DNA from: a bacterium
GTDB taxonomy: Bacteria; Bacteroidota; Bacteroidia; NS11-12g; UBA9320
NCBI GenBank assembly: GCA_047639155.1
Contig: JBLING010000002.1
Location: 1-33,871, forward strand
Direction of reading: 5' to 3'
DNA: 33,871 nt
Program-made: the position numbers and the translations under genes
Notes under the pieces: generated by a model
Told to the model about the DNA's origin: nothing
Seen by the model: the letters and a program-made list of their open reading frames with translations, nothing else
The model's database searches: none
Shown: positions 16,601 through 24,560 of the stretch, piece after piece
How the letters are laid out: every line of letters starts with the position of its first letter
Position numbering within the stretch: position 1 is the stretch's first letter

Positions 16601-18512
16601 TCAGACAGCATTTAAAACGGACTCGACGATTGTTGTTAAACCATCACCAACGGCCATTATTGGCATTGTAGATTCAATCGCCTGTTCTAAACTTCGGACG
16701 CGGTATTACTACCTAGGAAATGAGGCAACGTCATGGTTCTGGGATTTCGAGGGAGATGGGAAACCCGATGGAAGTTCCGCAACAGGAGTGCACAAATATC
16801 AAACGCCCGGCAGGTACAATATGACTTTAATTAATATGAACACATTTGGCTGTTCGGACACTGCGATGAGCCCAATTCATGTTGTAAAAAGTCCGCAAAT
16901 ATCAATATTAACAGATAGCATTCATTGTGTAACAAAACCATTTCGTGTTTCAGATTTATCAGTTTTAGATACCTCATATAAATCTAGAATGTGGACGATT
17001 CAAACTACATCTCAAATAGAAAATAAAACAGATTCTAGTTTTATCTACTTGCCTGAAATTTCTGGGAATATGAAAATACTGTTAAACGTTATCGATTCTA
17101 TGGATTGTACTGGACAGGATTCAATTTTCATTCGGATAAGAGATTCAAGTAATAACGTAAAAGCAGCGATTGACATGGTTTCAGTCCTGGAAAACGGGTA
17201 TCCATCGGTATCAGTTGCCAAACCAAATGCCAACTACTTAAGCACATATGTAGATAGTGTAAACTTGGTGAATGTTAGCGGTGGCTTGGCTCAAATTAAC
17301 GGTCAAACACTCGGTTTTACGGATTCACTAGCGAATACCAATAATCGGTCTCATTGCTACCAAATATCGCACTCAGATAGCTGTGATTTTGCAAGCGCGT
17401 TATCAGAAATTCATTGTACAGTCCATTTATCAATTAGTTCAATATCGACAGGTGTTAACGACTTAGCCTGGACCCCATATATCGGGTGGAAGAATGTAAG
17501 CCTAAATGGGCTGTATCAAATTTGGAGAGAAATCAATGGCCAAATGGAGTTGCTGACAGAAGTTAACGGGCAAACATTCACTTATTCCGATTCATTTCTT
17601 TGTGATGAAGATTACTGCTATAAAATTGTTGCTGTAAATCAAACAAAAGGCCTAAATAGTAATAGCAACACGGTTTGCTCCCATCCAGTGTATCTTGGAA
17701 ACAGTGTTGAAAGCCACATTAAAGTCGTTTCTGTGGTTGATGACAATTTCATAAACGTTGTAACGGAAAGTGACTCAGGTCAGTTTACGCTTTTGAAAAG
17801 TATAGAAGGCAGTAGCCCAATTGAAATCAAAACAAATGATGCAACTTTTTCTGATTACAATGTGGACGTACAAAACAAGACTTACAGCTACGGTGTAATT
17901 CAAACTGACCATTGTGGTTCCAAAAGCGCACAAGGTAGAATAGGGAAGTCCATACTACTTTCCGTAGACAAAGAGGATGTAAGCTTGACGCTTACATGGA
18001 CAGCGTATAAAGGGTGGAACACGGGAGTTAAGTCTTACGACATCATGAGAAATAGCAACCAAGGATTTGTTGTATTTAAACAGGTTTCTGGTTTTGATAC
18101 CTCGTTCGTGTTTAATGTGGGAGCTGGGATTGGAGCATCTAACTGTTTTAGAATTGTTGGTAATTCATTTGACAGTTTGTCTAGCCATTCGAATAACATA
18201 TACATTGAGGGAGAACCGATCATATTTATTCCAAACGCATTTTCACCTTTTGATCATGCTGTAAATAATTCGTTTAAACCGTATTCTGTTTTTATTAAAT
18301 CTCCTGAGGATTTCGAAGATGGAATTTATGATTTTAAGATTTATGATAAATGGGGTGGATTGATATTTGAGACAAATAATCCAGCACTCGGATGGGATGG
18401 TCGATACAATGGAATAGACCTTCCTGAAAGCGTATACATTTACACATTCAGGGTAAAAGGGTTAGACGATCGGATTCGCACCTTTTCTGGATCTGTAACG
18501 TTAGTTAGATAA
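13614..18512 (+). CDS. Giant multi-PKD/Ig-like cell-surface protein with a T9SS type B C-terminal sorting domain
   Basis: The body has many ~85-aa PKD-like repeats (F.D.S......W.FGDG-type; e.g. WDFGKGS, WDFGDGK, WDFEGDGKPDG) followed by FN3-like modules. The C-terminus IPNAFSPF...IYDKWGGLIFE...GWDGRYNG...YIYTFRV...GSVTLVR matches the gliding-motility-associated (CHU_C, type B) domain. The start is uncertain. An in-frame TTG at 13659 gives a better signal peptide (MSNSIVIRTYLSTILIAGMTLLSLTTQAQ) than TTG 13614 or ATG 13713. Confidence 0.85.
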   Translation: MKGWCILVEDITPYILSNSIVIRTYLSTILIAGMTLLSLTTQAQCSSIAVEVDTNESCAPGIFEFVAKNAPSGSFFAWDFGKGSIPGNDTFKLIEPNARSISLTLYIALATGKQCTTVVKKIAEVYKRPTPSASINKKIFCSTSEEFEFTDLTSNSVFRIWTIEGINYGDTANIKKGNFSSDGKKNISLMVEDSHGCRGFKSYRDITEVVSAKDVKIKGVNNRGCVNSDLSFSVESGFSPTQIKSISWSFSGGLPVKSTEVSPRNIRYAKGGNYDVSVELTTKNGCTYSDLKKGIAQPKDSLILNVAISDSSICTTKGVDVRVLNKSTSSQLFFNVPNFDTSLIDSLSTSQRKFTFTESGVFDLFLTHVDSFCTSHYLKKAFVSAKKVQARMNASNHYGCKLPFLAKFSDTSFFSEPGNVVYRWMVYDSLGNLLKTSNKKSFEYLVKDSGYYDVDLTVRHENGCADSFYRSELIRADSIRIDYTPISEVVCLNQEVIIQNSSLPSSYNVSDVFEWRLYRSSDATTAIDSSFISRPTFKAKFKGSYDLKVVAYNALGCRQTDSRKFVFEVGEPKAGLRVENPNQCPSDTFSLISSNDPRNGSYINRWIIYNEKDTLRSTGENPIVEIDSPGIYNVTYHISIFGLCRDTVTKKDLISINGIQSVINISTNRTCSKIPVSPKANVRNYINPSTDTVFKYQWDVFPNSGYSIDNDTIKEPTIYFQQDGKYIIRLISQNEFGCLDTAYSDTIVSGLNMKQVFLDTAVCANAPIRFTNSSDTFINKWYYTLSPDESFTIKNNNKDTSIIWITKEGVYTFHIVASRDSLCFDTASTTLHIVSPKAEFFPIDSNLYCAPVYQRFESKSTFADTLFWDFGDGKQLKTTLSKVTTLYEQNTGSINPYSVRLIAKNKSGCADTLVKQNLVKVDGPSAKLTLSQIRGCEPLAVTFNGPVENVHKMYIDYGDGGEFGFSLDEPHYYKNNWRIIEQQYRPVILVIDKNGCQTAFKTDSTIVVKPSPTAIIGIVDSIACSKLRTRYYYLGNEATSWFWDFEGDGKPDGSSATGVHKYQTPGRYNMTLINMNTFGCSDTAMSPIHVVKSPQISILTDSIHCVTKPFRVSDLSVLDTSYKSRMWTIQTTSQIENKTDSSFIYLPEISGNMKILLNVIDSMDCTGQDSIFIRIRDSSNNVKAAIDMVSVLENGYPSVSVAKPNANYLSTYVDSVNLVNVSGGLAQINGQTLGFTDSLANTNNRSHCYQISHSDSCDFASALSEIHCTVHLSISSISTGVNDLAWTPYIGWKNVSLNGLYQIWREINGQMELLTEVNGQTFTYSDSFLCDEDYCYKIVAVNQTKGLNSNSNTVCSHPVYLGNSVESHIKVVSVVDDNFINVVTESDSGQFTLLKSIEGSSPIEIKTNDATFSDYNVDVQNKTYSYGVIQTDHCGSKSAQGRIGKSILLSVDKEDVSLTLTWTAYKGWNTGVKSYDIMRNSNQGFVVFKQVSGFDTSFVFNVGAGIGASNCFRIVGNSFDSLSSHSNNIYIEGEPIIFIPNAFSPFDHAVNNSFKPYSVFIKSPEDFEDGIYDFKIYDKWGGLIFETNNPALGWDGRYNGIDLPESVYIYTFRVKGLDDRIRTFSGSVTLVR

Positions 18513-19544
18513 CGCCTTTATCGCATTAGCAACATTCCTAGCGATTGTTTTTCTTCCAGTTTCGTCGTAATGTTCGGTCGGGAATACTTCTCGTTCGTTG
18601 AAATGTTCATTTCCTACAAGCTCAAGGTTGTCTACCACAATAACACCCATTTTGCTGTAACGCTCAACCAAAAAGTCTCGATTCTTTTTCATCACCCAAA
18701 CGAGATTGGAACCAACCAGGCTGTCAGATTGCTCTATATTTTCTGCCAAGACATTATAGATTAACGTCAAGTTTTTAGACTTTGCTACTTGTACAATTTT
18801 ATCAAAAGTCTGCACCATCGGATTCTTGTCAGTAATGTGAAACCCAAAAACTTTTATGTTTTGATCTGCTAAAATTCGCCGATGCATGTCTTCTTGACCA
18901 GTTGAATCTGGGAACTTAATGGTTTCACACCACCGCCTAATTGTATTATGTTCAAATTGAATTGAATCAAAAGGGGATTTGAGTGTGTCGTATGTCCAAC
19001 CGTTCCATTTCAAAAGATCTCTTTCATGGGGTGTCCTATTGTCGTAGTGATTCAATGAAATCAGTAGTCTATTTAGAAGGGGTGGATTTGGGGAATTAAA
19101 CCGAGCTGCTTTTTGTAATGTGGCTTCGTTTGGACCGAAAATCGCATCTTGGCCAAACGTTCGAAGATTCATTGTAACCACAATAATTTTAGGGACGCTG
19201 TCTGCAGGGATGTTCTCAATAACGGGCAAAAACTGCCCAACGTGATACCCCGCATGGTCAACTGTGCCAACCCTATTATTTGGTAAATACCGATCTAGCA
19301 GTAAACTGATAGAAATTTTGTCTGTATCGCTTTCATGTACATTAAAATTTGAAGACTCTGCGAAATACAAGACATCGGCCCACTGCTCAACATCATGTAA
19401 CTCCTTTAACAACGGTCCATGCGCATCCAAATCCTCTTGCCAAAAATACTTTTTGTAAATAATGTTAAAAACGAGAAACAGGCATAGTAATGCAGCAGCA
19501 CGAAGTACGAGTTGAAAGACAATATGTTTTTTCGATCTAATCAC
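18501..19544 (-). CDS. Membrane-anchored hypothetical protein, putative SGNH/DltD-like partner of the MBOAT acyltransferase
   Basis: A GTG at 19544 shares its G with the MBOAT TAG stop. It gives (M)IRSKKHIVFQLVLRAAALLCLFLVFNIIY, a single N-terminal TM anchor. LYFAESS (Ser block) and PTEHYDETGRKTIARNV (His block) loosely resemble SGNH/DltD blocks I and V. The longer ORF-track start at 19628 would overlap the MBOAT gene by 85 nt. Confidence 0.6.
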   Translation of the reverse strand: MIRSKKHIVFQLVLRAAALLCLFLVFNIIYKKYFWQEDLDAHGPLLKELHDVEQWADVLYFAESSNFNVHESDTDKISISLLLDRYLPNNRVGTVDHAGYHVGQFLPVIENIPADSVPKIIVVTMNLRTFGQDAIFGPNEATLQKAARFNSPNPPLLNRLLISLNHYDNRTPHERDLLKWNGWTYDTLKSPFDSIQFEHNTIRRWCETIKFPDSTGQEDMHRRILADQNIKVFGFHITDKNPMVQTFDKIVQVAKSKNLTLIYNVLAENIEQSDSLVGSNLVWVMKKNRDFLVERYSKMGVIVVDNLELVGNEHFNEREVFPTEHYDETGRKTIARNVANAIKALSN

Positions 19545-20959
19545 TAAAATTGAAAGTAAATAAAAGGATGATTGGTTACGCCTGCCCAAGCAACTATACA
19601 CCATAGCAATGTTGCATAAATCAACCAACGCAATGGTAAACGCATTTTGTCGAGCAATGTATCAATCCGTTTGTTGTACAATGCTATTTCAAAAAGTATA
19701 AAAAGGCCTAACATGGCATATATCTGCCACGAGATATCAAGTTTATCTGTACCAGAGGCTTGCCATAAGGCATTAAAATGATTGGGAACAAGTGCCAGCG
19801 TGTCAATCCTAAAAAACAACCATGCCACGTTAACAGATATAAATATCAATATTCCCCCAACAACAGTGACCAGCATTGTTTTTGGTAAACGCTTTTTTGC
19901 GTTTATCATGCGTTCTATTAAGTACAGTAATCCATGAATTGCACCCCAGATTAAAAAGGTATAATTAGCACCATGCCAAAAACCACTGATTATAAAAACC
20001 ACAAGTATATTGACAACCCAACGTAGTACTGAAACCTTGTTACCACCCAATGGTATGTACAAATAGTCTCGAAACCAGGTCGACAACGAAATATGCCATC
20101 GGTTCCAGAACTCACCAATACTGGTGCTGAAATATGGCGTCTTAAAATTATCAATTAGATTTATGCCAAGACACAGGGCTGCTCCTTGTGCGATTAACGA
20201 GTATCCAGCAAAATCGGTATATATCTGGAGGCCAAATGCGAAGGTGCCAAACCAAGTACTCCATGCTCCGAATGCTTCTGGGGTGGTGTATACTGCATCA
20301 ACTAAAGGGGATAGGTTGTCTGCTATACACATCTTAATAAAGAAGCCATACAGCATTAAACGAAACGCGTTCTGAAACTGCCTATAGGTTGCTACATGTT
20401 TTGCTTTGAACTGAGGCATTAAACTTGAGAACCTTTCAATAGGACCTGCAACCAACTGCGGGAAAAAAGTTACAAATAGTGCAAAGTGACCTAAGTGGGT
20501 TTCGGGCTTGATTCTTTTGTGATAAATATCGAGCGTATAGCTCAATGTCTGAAAAGTATAGAATGAAATGCCTACGGGTATGGTAAAGTAAATACCCTGT
20601 TTTATAAAGCCAAAAAAGGGATGATCGACCGTATAAATATTGGTCATCATTGGGTCCAAATCGGACAAAAACAATACTAGATACTTGAACGTAAACAAGA
20701 GGCCAAGATTCGCGGTAAGGCTAACCGTCAACAGTAAATTTCGGAGATATCGTCTGGACTCATGATAAAGTCGCTGGCCTACATAAAAGTCTACGATTGT
20801 AGAGAACAGGATAAGGCTCAGAAATTCTATTTTCCAAGAACCATAAAAAAAGTAACTCGCAGAAAGCAATACCACCCATCTATATTTGTGTGGCACCAGA
20901 TAGTACAGCAAAACTACTATCGGTAGAAAAATCAAAAAGGCTACTGAGTTAAATAGCAA
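19544..20959 (-). CDS. MBOAT family membrane-bound O-acyltransferase (AlgI/DltB/PatA-like)
   Basis: The protein is polytopic and 471 aa. The TTG start reproduces the family N-terminus MLFNSVAFLIF. FWNRWHISLSTWFRDYLYIPLGGN contains the invariant catalytic His. Confidence 0.9.
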   Translation of the reverse strand: MLFNSVAFLIFLPIVVLLYYLVPHKYRWVVLLSASYFFYGSWKIEFLSLILFSTIVDFYVGQRLYHESRRYLRNLLLTVSLTANLGLLFTFKYLVLFLSDLDPMMTNIYTVDHPFFGFIKQGIYFTIPVGISFYTFQTLSYTLDIYHKRIKPETHLGHFALFVTFFPQLVAGPIERFSSLMPQFKAKHVATYRQFQNAFRLMLYGFFIKMCIADNLSPLVDAVYTTPEAFGAWSTWFGTFAFGLQIYTDFAGYSLIAQGAALCLGINLIDNFKTPYFSTSIGEFWNRWHISLSTWFRDYLYIPLGGNKVSVLRWVVNILVVFIISGFWHGANYTFLIWGAIHGLLYLIERMINAKKRLPKTMLVTVVGGILIFISVNVAWLFFRIDTLALVPNHFNALWQASGTDKLDISWQIYAMLGLFILFEIALYNKRIDTLLDKMRLPLRWLIYATLLWCIVAWAGVTNHPFIYFQF

Positions 20960-20997
20960 AGTCTTTTATGTTATTTACAAAAATATTTAAATCAGGC

Positions 20998-21636
20998 ATG
21001 TTACGACGACTTCTATTCACATTTGCATTGGTTATTTCGGTTGTAACGTCATCCGTACAGGCACAGGTGATAGATAGTGTTAGGAAGGCGCTGACATACA
21101 AGCCACACATTGTATTTGGATTAAATGGTAAGACATCTATTGTATCTGGGGACCCATATAGAACAATGCGGCTGTTTACAGGCTTGGATTACAATAAAAA
21201 AATCCGGTTTGAATTGGCATATAATTATATGCCCCTCCCTGCGGTTGACAAAGTTGTCGTTAATAGAACTGATACGATTACGAAGGTGAACAATCTTCGA
21301 TATCTGGGATTTCAAACGGAGTACACGTTTTTCCGTAAAAATAGATGGAAATTAAGCTATCCCGTTCAAATTGGAATTGGTCGGAACAGATATACAGAGC
21401 GTATCAATGGGAGTTTAAATGTTGTGCGTAAACCGATTGTGTTACCAGTTGAACTCGGGGTTAATGCCGTGTATTTGCTTACAGATTGGTTCGGATTAAA
21501 AGCCGGAATGGGAGTAAGGATGAGTTTTGGCAAATCCTTTTCTACATTAAGCGGTCCTTATAGCAATTTTGGTTTGGCGTTATATCCTGGTGAATTGTAC
21601 GGGCAGATAAAAGCGAAGACAATAAAATTGAACTAA
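20998..21636 (+). CDS. Hypothetical secreted protein, probable small outer-membrane beta-barrel
   Basis: ATG 20998 gives the signal peptide MLRRLLFTFALVISVVTSSVQAQ. The body has alternating hydrophobic/aromatic strands (FELAYNYM, GFQTEYTF, LSYPVQIGIG, GVNAVYLL, GMGVRMSF). I recognise no family. Confidence 0.55.
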   Translation: MLRRLLFTFALVISVVTSSVQAQVIDSVRKALTYKPHIVFGLNGKTSIVSGDPYRTMRLFTGLDYNKKIRFELAYNYMPLPAVDKVVVNRTDTITKVNNLRYLGFQTEYTFFRKNRWKLSYPVQIGIGRNRYTERINGSLNVVRKPIVLPVELGVNAVYLLTDWFGLKAGMGVRMSFGKSFSTLSGPYSNFGLALYPGELYGQIKAKTIKLN

Positions 21637-21637
21637 T

Positions 21638-23050
21638 TTACTCGGCGTGTGCCTTGTTGTAGTTTTCTAACATCATTTCGGCAATCTTACCAATGTTGTC
21701 GGCTGGCGGGTTTTTGTATAGAATGATTTTATTTTCATCCAGCATATAAACCTCGGGGGTTTTTACTTGATTATAATCCTTTTTGTATGTTGAATTGTTG
21801 TGTGCGTCAACAAGGTTTATCCAGGTTAATTCATTTTTTCGAATGTACTTTTTCCAGCCATTTACGTCGGAGCCCGTGTAAACTGCATAAATCTCAATGC
21901 CCTTTTGCTTAAGCGTATCATACATCAATTTAATCTTGGGAATCTCCTCTTTACAATGGCCACAAGTATGAGACCAAAAAATAACGATTGTTACTGGCTT
22001 GTTGATCTTATGCAATTCGTAGTTCCGCAAGTACGTGGTGTCGACTAAGGTCATGTTGGGGGCTACATTACCACACTGTATCAACTTGGCCTTTTTAACG
22101 TAGTCTGTCATGTTGGTGATGGTGTTTGAGTCTGCCCATTCACATTTACCACTTAAGTAATAGTTTTTTGCAAGGTGATACAAGACTTTGTCCATACAGA
22201 TACGGTCCGATTCCTCGTGATGGTTTGTGCTCCACCATATTACATACTTGTACATTTCTGTTGCACCTCCTTTTTCAATTCTCGCCAATAAGTCATCAAT
22301 AGCAGGAATTAAAGTATCAGGTTCTTGTTGAACCACTTTTGTGATGTAATATTCTAATTTTCCTTTGAATATTGGCGTACGTAAAAGGCCGTCATCCGTT
22401 AAATCAAAATTATCCCAAAAGTGTTTTTTGTAATATTGATACGCAATACCCGTTTTGTCGCCTTTTATCTCTTCAGGAATTTCAACTTCTAATATGGGTT
22501 TGAATAGTTTGGCTGTAAAAGTGTTAGGATATTGGTCAATTATCTCTTTACGTTTTACGTCAATTTGATTGTCCAATTCATTCACCTCATTGCGTATACG
22601 CTCCTTGCAGGAATCACTATCGCACTTCGGGTATTCTTTGATTAATACTCTTTTCTTAGAGCCTGGGCCAACTGAAAACTTGTCAAACTCGATGAACAAT
22701 TCATTATCGAGAGAACCAGTCGATGCTTTTTTGAAAGGTGAAAGGGAGGTATCTAGCTCAATGGTAAACTCCTGATCGTCATTTGGTACAATTAGTTCAA
22801 CGTATGTTTTCTTGGGAAGTACGAGGATATAAACACCGTTTAACAACTTACCTTCACCTCTAAATACGGCATAACCGTTGTTGTCTACAGCAACAGTATC
22901 AACAACCTTGTTTTTATCCGCATAGTAATGGGCAAGAATGCACGAATCGCCTGTTTGCAGACCATTCACTTTAAACCGAATATCATATTGTGCAGAGGCG
23001 TTGGTTATGCCTGTTATTATTAGAAAGAGTATTGCAAGTGTACTTCTCAT
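21638..23050 (-). CDS. Secreted thioredoxin-fold thiol:disulfide oxidoreductase (TlpA/AhpC-TSA-like) with a long N-terminal domain; paralog 1
   Basis: ATG 23050 gives the signal peptide MRSTLAILFLIITGITNASAQ. The C-terminal thioredoxin fold carries FWSHTCGHCKEEIP (CxxC). It is roughly 60% identical by eye to the adjacent gene. Confidence 0.8.
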   Translation of the reverse strand: MRSTLAILFLIITGITNASAQYDIRFKVNGLQTGDSCILAHYYADKNKVVDTVAVDNNGYAVFRGEGKLLNGVYILVLPKKTYVELIVPNDDQEFTIELDTSLSPFKKASTGSLDNELFIEFDKFSVGPGSKKRVLIKEYPKCDSDSCKERIRNEVNELDNQIDVKRKEIIDQYPNTFTAKLFKPILEVEIPEEIKGDKTGIAYQYYKKHFWDNFDLTDDGLLRTPIFKGKLEYYITKVVQQEPDTLIPAIDDLLARIEKGGATEMYKYVIWWSTNHHEESDRICMDKVLYHLAKNYYLSGKCEWADSNTITNMTDYVKKAKLIQCGNVAPNMTLVDTTYLRNYELHKINKPVTIVIFWSHTCGHCKEEIPKIKLMYDTLKQKGIEIYAVYTGSDVNGWKKYIRKNELTWINLVDAHNNSTYKKDYNQVKTPEVYMLDENKIILYKNPPADNIGKIAEMMLENYNKAHAE

Positions 23051-23077
23051 AATGTTCGTAGAAATCAACCCAATTGA

Positions 23078-24493
23078 TTATTTAGGGGTCTTGTTTTTTT
23101 CGTATTCTTCCAGCATAATTTCAGCAATTCTTCCAACGTTGTCTGCTGGAGGATTTTTAAATCGAATCACTTTGTTTGCGTCTAACATATATAACTGAGG
23201 AGTGGAAATGATATTATAATCTTCTCGATAAGTTGCATCGTTAAAAGCGTCCATTACGTTAAGCCAATTCAAGTTGTTGGCCCTAATATATTCCTTCCAT
23301 CCTTCCCAGTCAGCTTGTGTGTAAATCGCATACACCTCAACACCGCGTTGTTTCATGGTGTCGTACATAAGCTTAAGTTTTGGAAGTTCTTTTTTACAGT
23401 GACCGCATTGGTGATCCCAAAATACAACTACCGTTACAGGAGCGTCTAGTTTGTGTAATTCATATTTCCGAGCAAAAGTGCTGTCCGAAAGTGTCATGTT
23501 GGGTGCAACAACACCGCATGCCGTTGGACCTATTTTACTTGCGTGCTCACACATTTTTGCTACAAGAGCAGAATCTGCCCAATAGCATTTGCCAGCACAA
23601 TAGTAGTTTAGTGCCATGTGGTGGAGTACTTTGTCCATACACATCATCTTTGATTCTTCGTGATGATTGGTGTTCCACCATATAACGTATTTGTAAATTT
23701 CCATTGCGCCACCGCGTTCAATTTTAGAACACAGAGCGTCAATAGCTGGGATTAACGTGTCTGGCTGCTGTACAATAAGTTTGCCGATATAATATTCAAG
23801 CTTGCCCTTAAAAACCGGGGTATGCAGCATGCCATCATCGGTTAAATCAATATTGTCCCAATAATGGTCTTTAAAGTAATCATACTTTTTGCCGGTTGTG
23901 TCGTTTGAGATTTCTTCAGGAATTTCTATATCAATTACTGCTTTAAACAGTTTAGCCGTAAAAGTGGTGGAATATTTCTCAACGAGGTATTTTCGTTTTG
24001 TATCAACCTCTTTATCGACCGCTTTTATTTCCGCTCTAGTTTTGTCTTTACACTCTTGACTTTCGCACTCTTTAAACTCATTAATTAGATCGCGTTTTCG
24101 TGTTCCTGGACCAACAGCAAATTTGTCAAATTCGAAGAACACTTGGTTGTCGATTGACCCAGTTACGGATTTGCTGCTTGGCGCTAGGCTCGTATCGAAA
24201 GTAATTTCGAAATCTTGGTCATCATTTGGAACAATAAATTCAATGTATGTTTTTCTTGGAAGAACGATGATGTAAACACCATTTAGGAGTTTATCTGGAC
24301 CTTTAAAAATAACGTCTCCATTCAGGCTAACGGTTGACGTATCAACGATGCGGTTTTGGTCAGCGTAATAATGCGCTAAAATGCAATCATCTCCGGGTTG
24401 TAAACCGTTTACTTTGAAACTTATTTTGTGTTGAGCATTCGCTATCCCAATTCCAACAAATAACAACAGCACGATAGTTTTTATGAATCTCAT
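23078..24493 (-). CDS. Secreted thioredoxin-fold thiol:disulfide oxidoreductase (TlpA/AhpC-TSA-like); paralog 2
   Basis: ATG 24493 gives the signal peptide MRFIKTIVLLLFVGIGIANAQ. The CxxC motif is FWDHQCGHCKKELP. It is collinear with paralog 1 over its whole length. Confidence 0.8.
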   Translation of the reverse strand: MRFIKTIVLLLFVGIGIANAQHKISFKVNGLQPGDDCILAHYYADQNRIVDTSTVSLNGDVIFKGPDKLLNGVYIIVLPRKTYIEFIVPNDDQDFEITFDTSLAPSSKSVTGSIDNQVFFEFDKFAVGPGTRKRDLINEFKECESQECKDKTRAEIKAVDKEVDTKRKYLVEKYSTTFTAKLFKAVIDIEIPEEISNDTTGKKYDYFKDHYWDNIDLTDDGMLHTPVFKGKLEYYIGKLIVQQPDTLIPAIDALCSKIERGGAMEIYKYVIWWNTNHHEESKMMCMDKVLHHMALNYYCAGKCYWADSALVAKMCEHASKIGPTACGVVAPNMTLSDSTFARKYELHKLDAPVTVVVFWDHQCGHCKKELPKLKLMYDTMKQRGVEVYAIYTQADWEGWKEYIRANNLNWLNVMDAFNDATYREDYNIISTPQLYMLDANKVIRFKNPPADNVGRIAEIMLEEYEKNKTPK

Positions 24494-24518
24494 ATATAAT
24501 TGTCTCTTCAAGTTTGTA

Positions 24519-24526
24519 CAAAAATA
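24519..24526 (-). promoter_or_regulatory. Bacteroidota -7 promoter box (TATTTTTG) for the tandem thioredoxin-fold genes
   Basis: The reverse complement of caaaaata matches TAnnTTTG, 25 nt upstream of ATG 24493. Confidence 0.5.
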
Positions 24527-24541
24527 AGGTCTATAATGTTT

Positions 24542-24549
24542 TAAGTTTG
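24542..24549 (+). promoter_or_regulatory. Bacteroidota -7 promoter box (TAAGTTTG) for the ATL gene
   Basis: TAnnTTTG ends 11 nt before ATG 24561. It is divergent from the box at 24519-24526. Confidence 0.5.
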
Positions 24550-24560
24550 TTACAAAGACT

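Noticed and set aside
19545-19628. The long form of the SGNH-like gene starts at 19628 and overlaps the MBOAT 3' end by 85 nt.
   Set aside because: A GTG at 19544 fused to the MBOAT stop codon (TAGTG) yields a clean N-terminal TM anchor. The extra 28 residues (MVDLCNIAMVYSCLGRRNQ...) look like out-of-frame read-through of MBOAT coding sequence.
24513-24522. A 10-bp perfect palindrome, TTTGTACAAA, lies between the divergent TlpA-like and ATL promoters.
   Set aside because: It is short and AT-rich, and it is largely explained by the overlap with the TATTTTTG -7 box on the minus strand. This is not enough to propose an operator.
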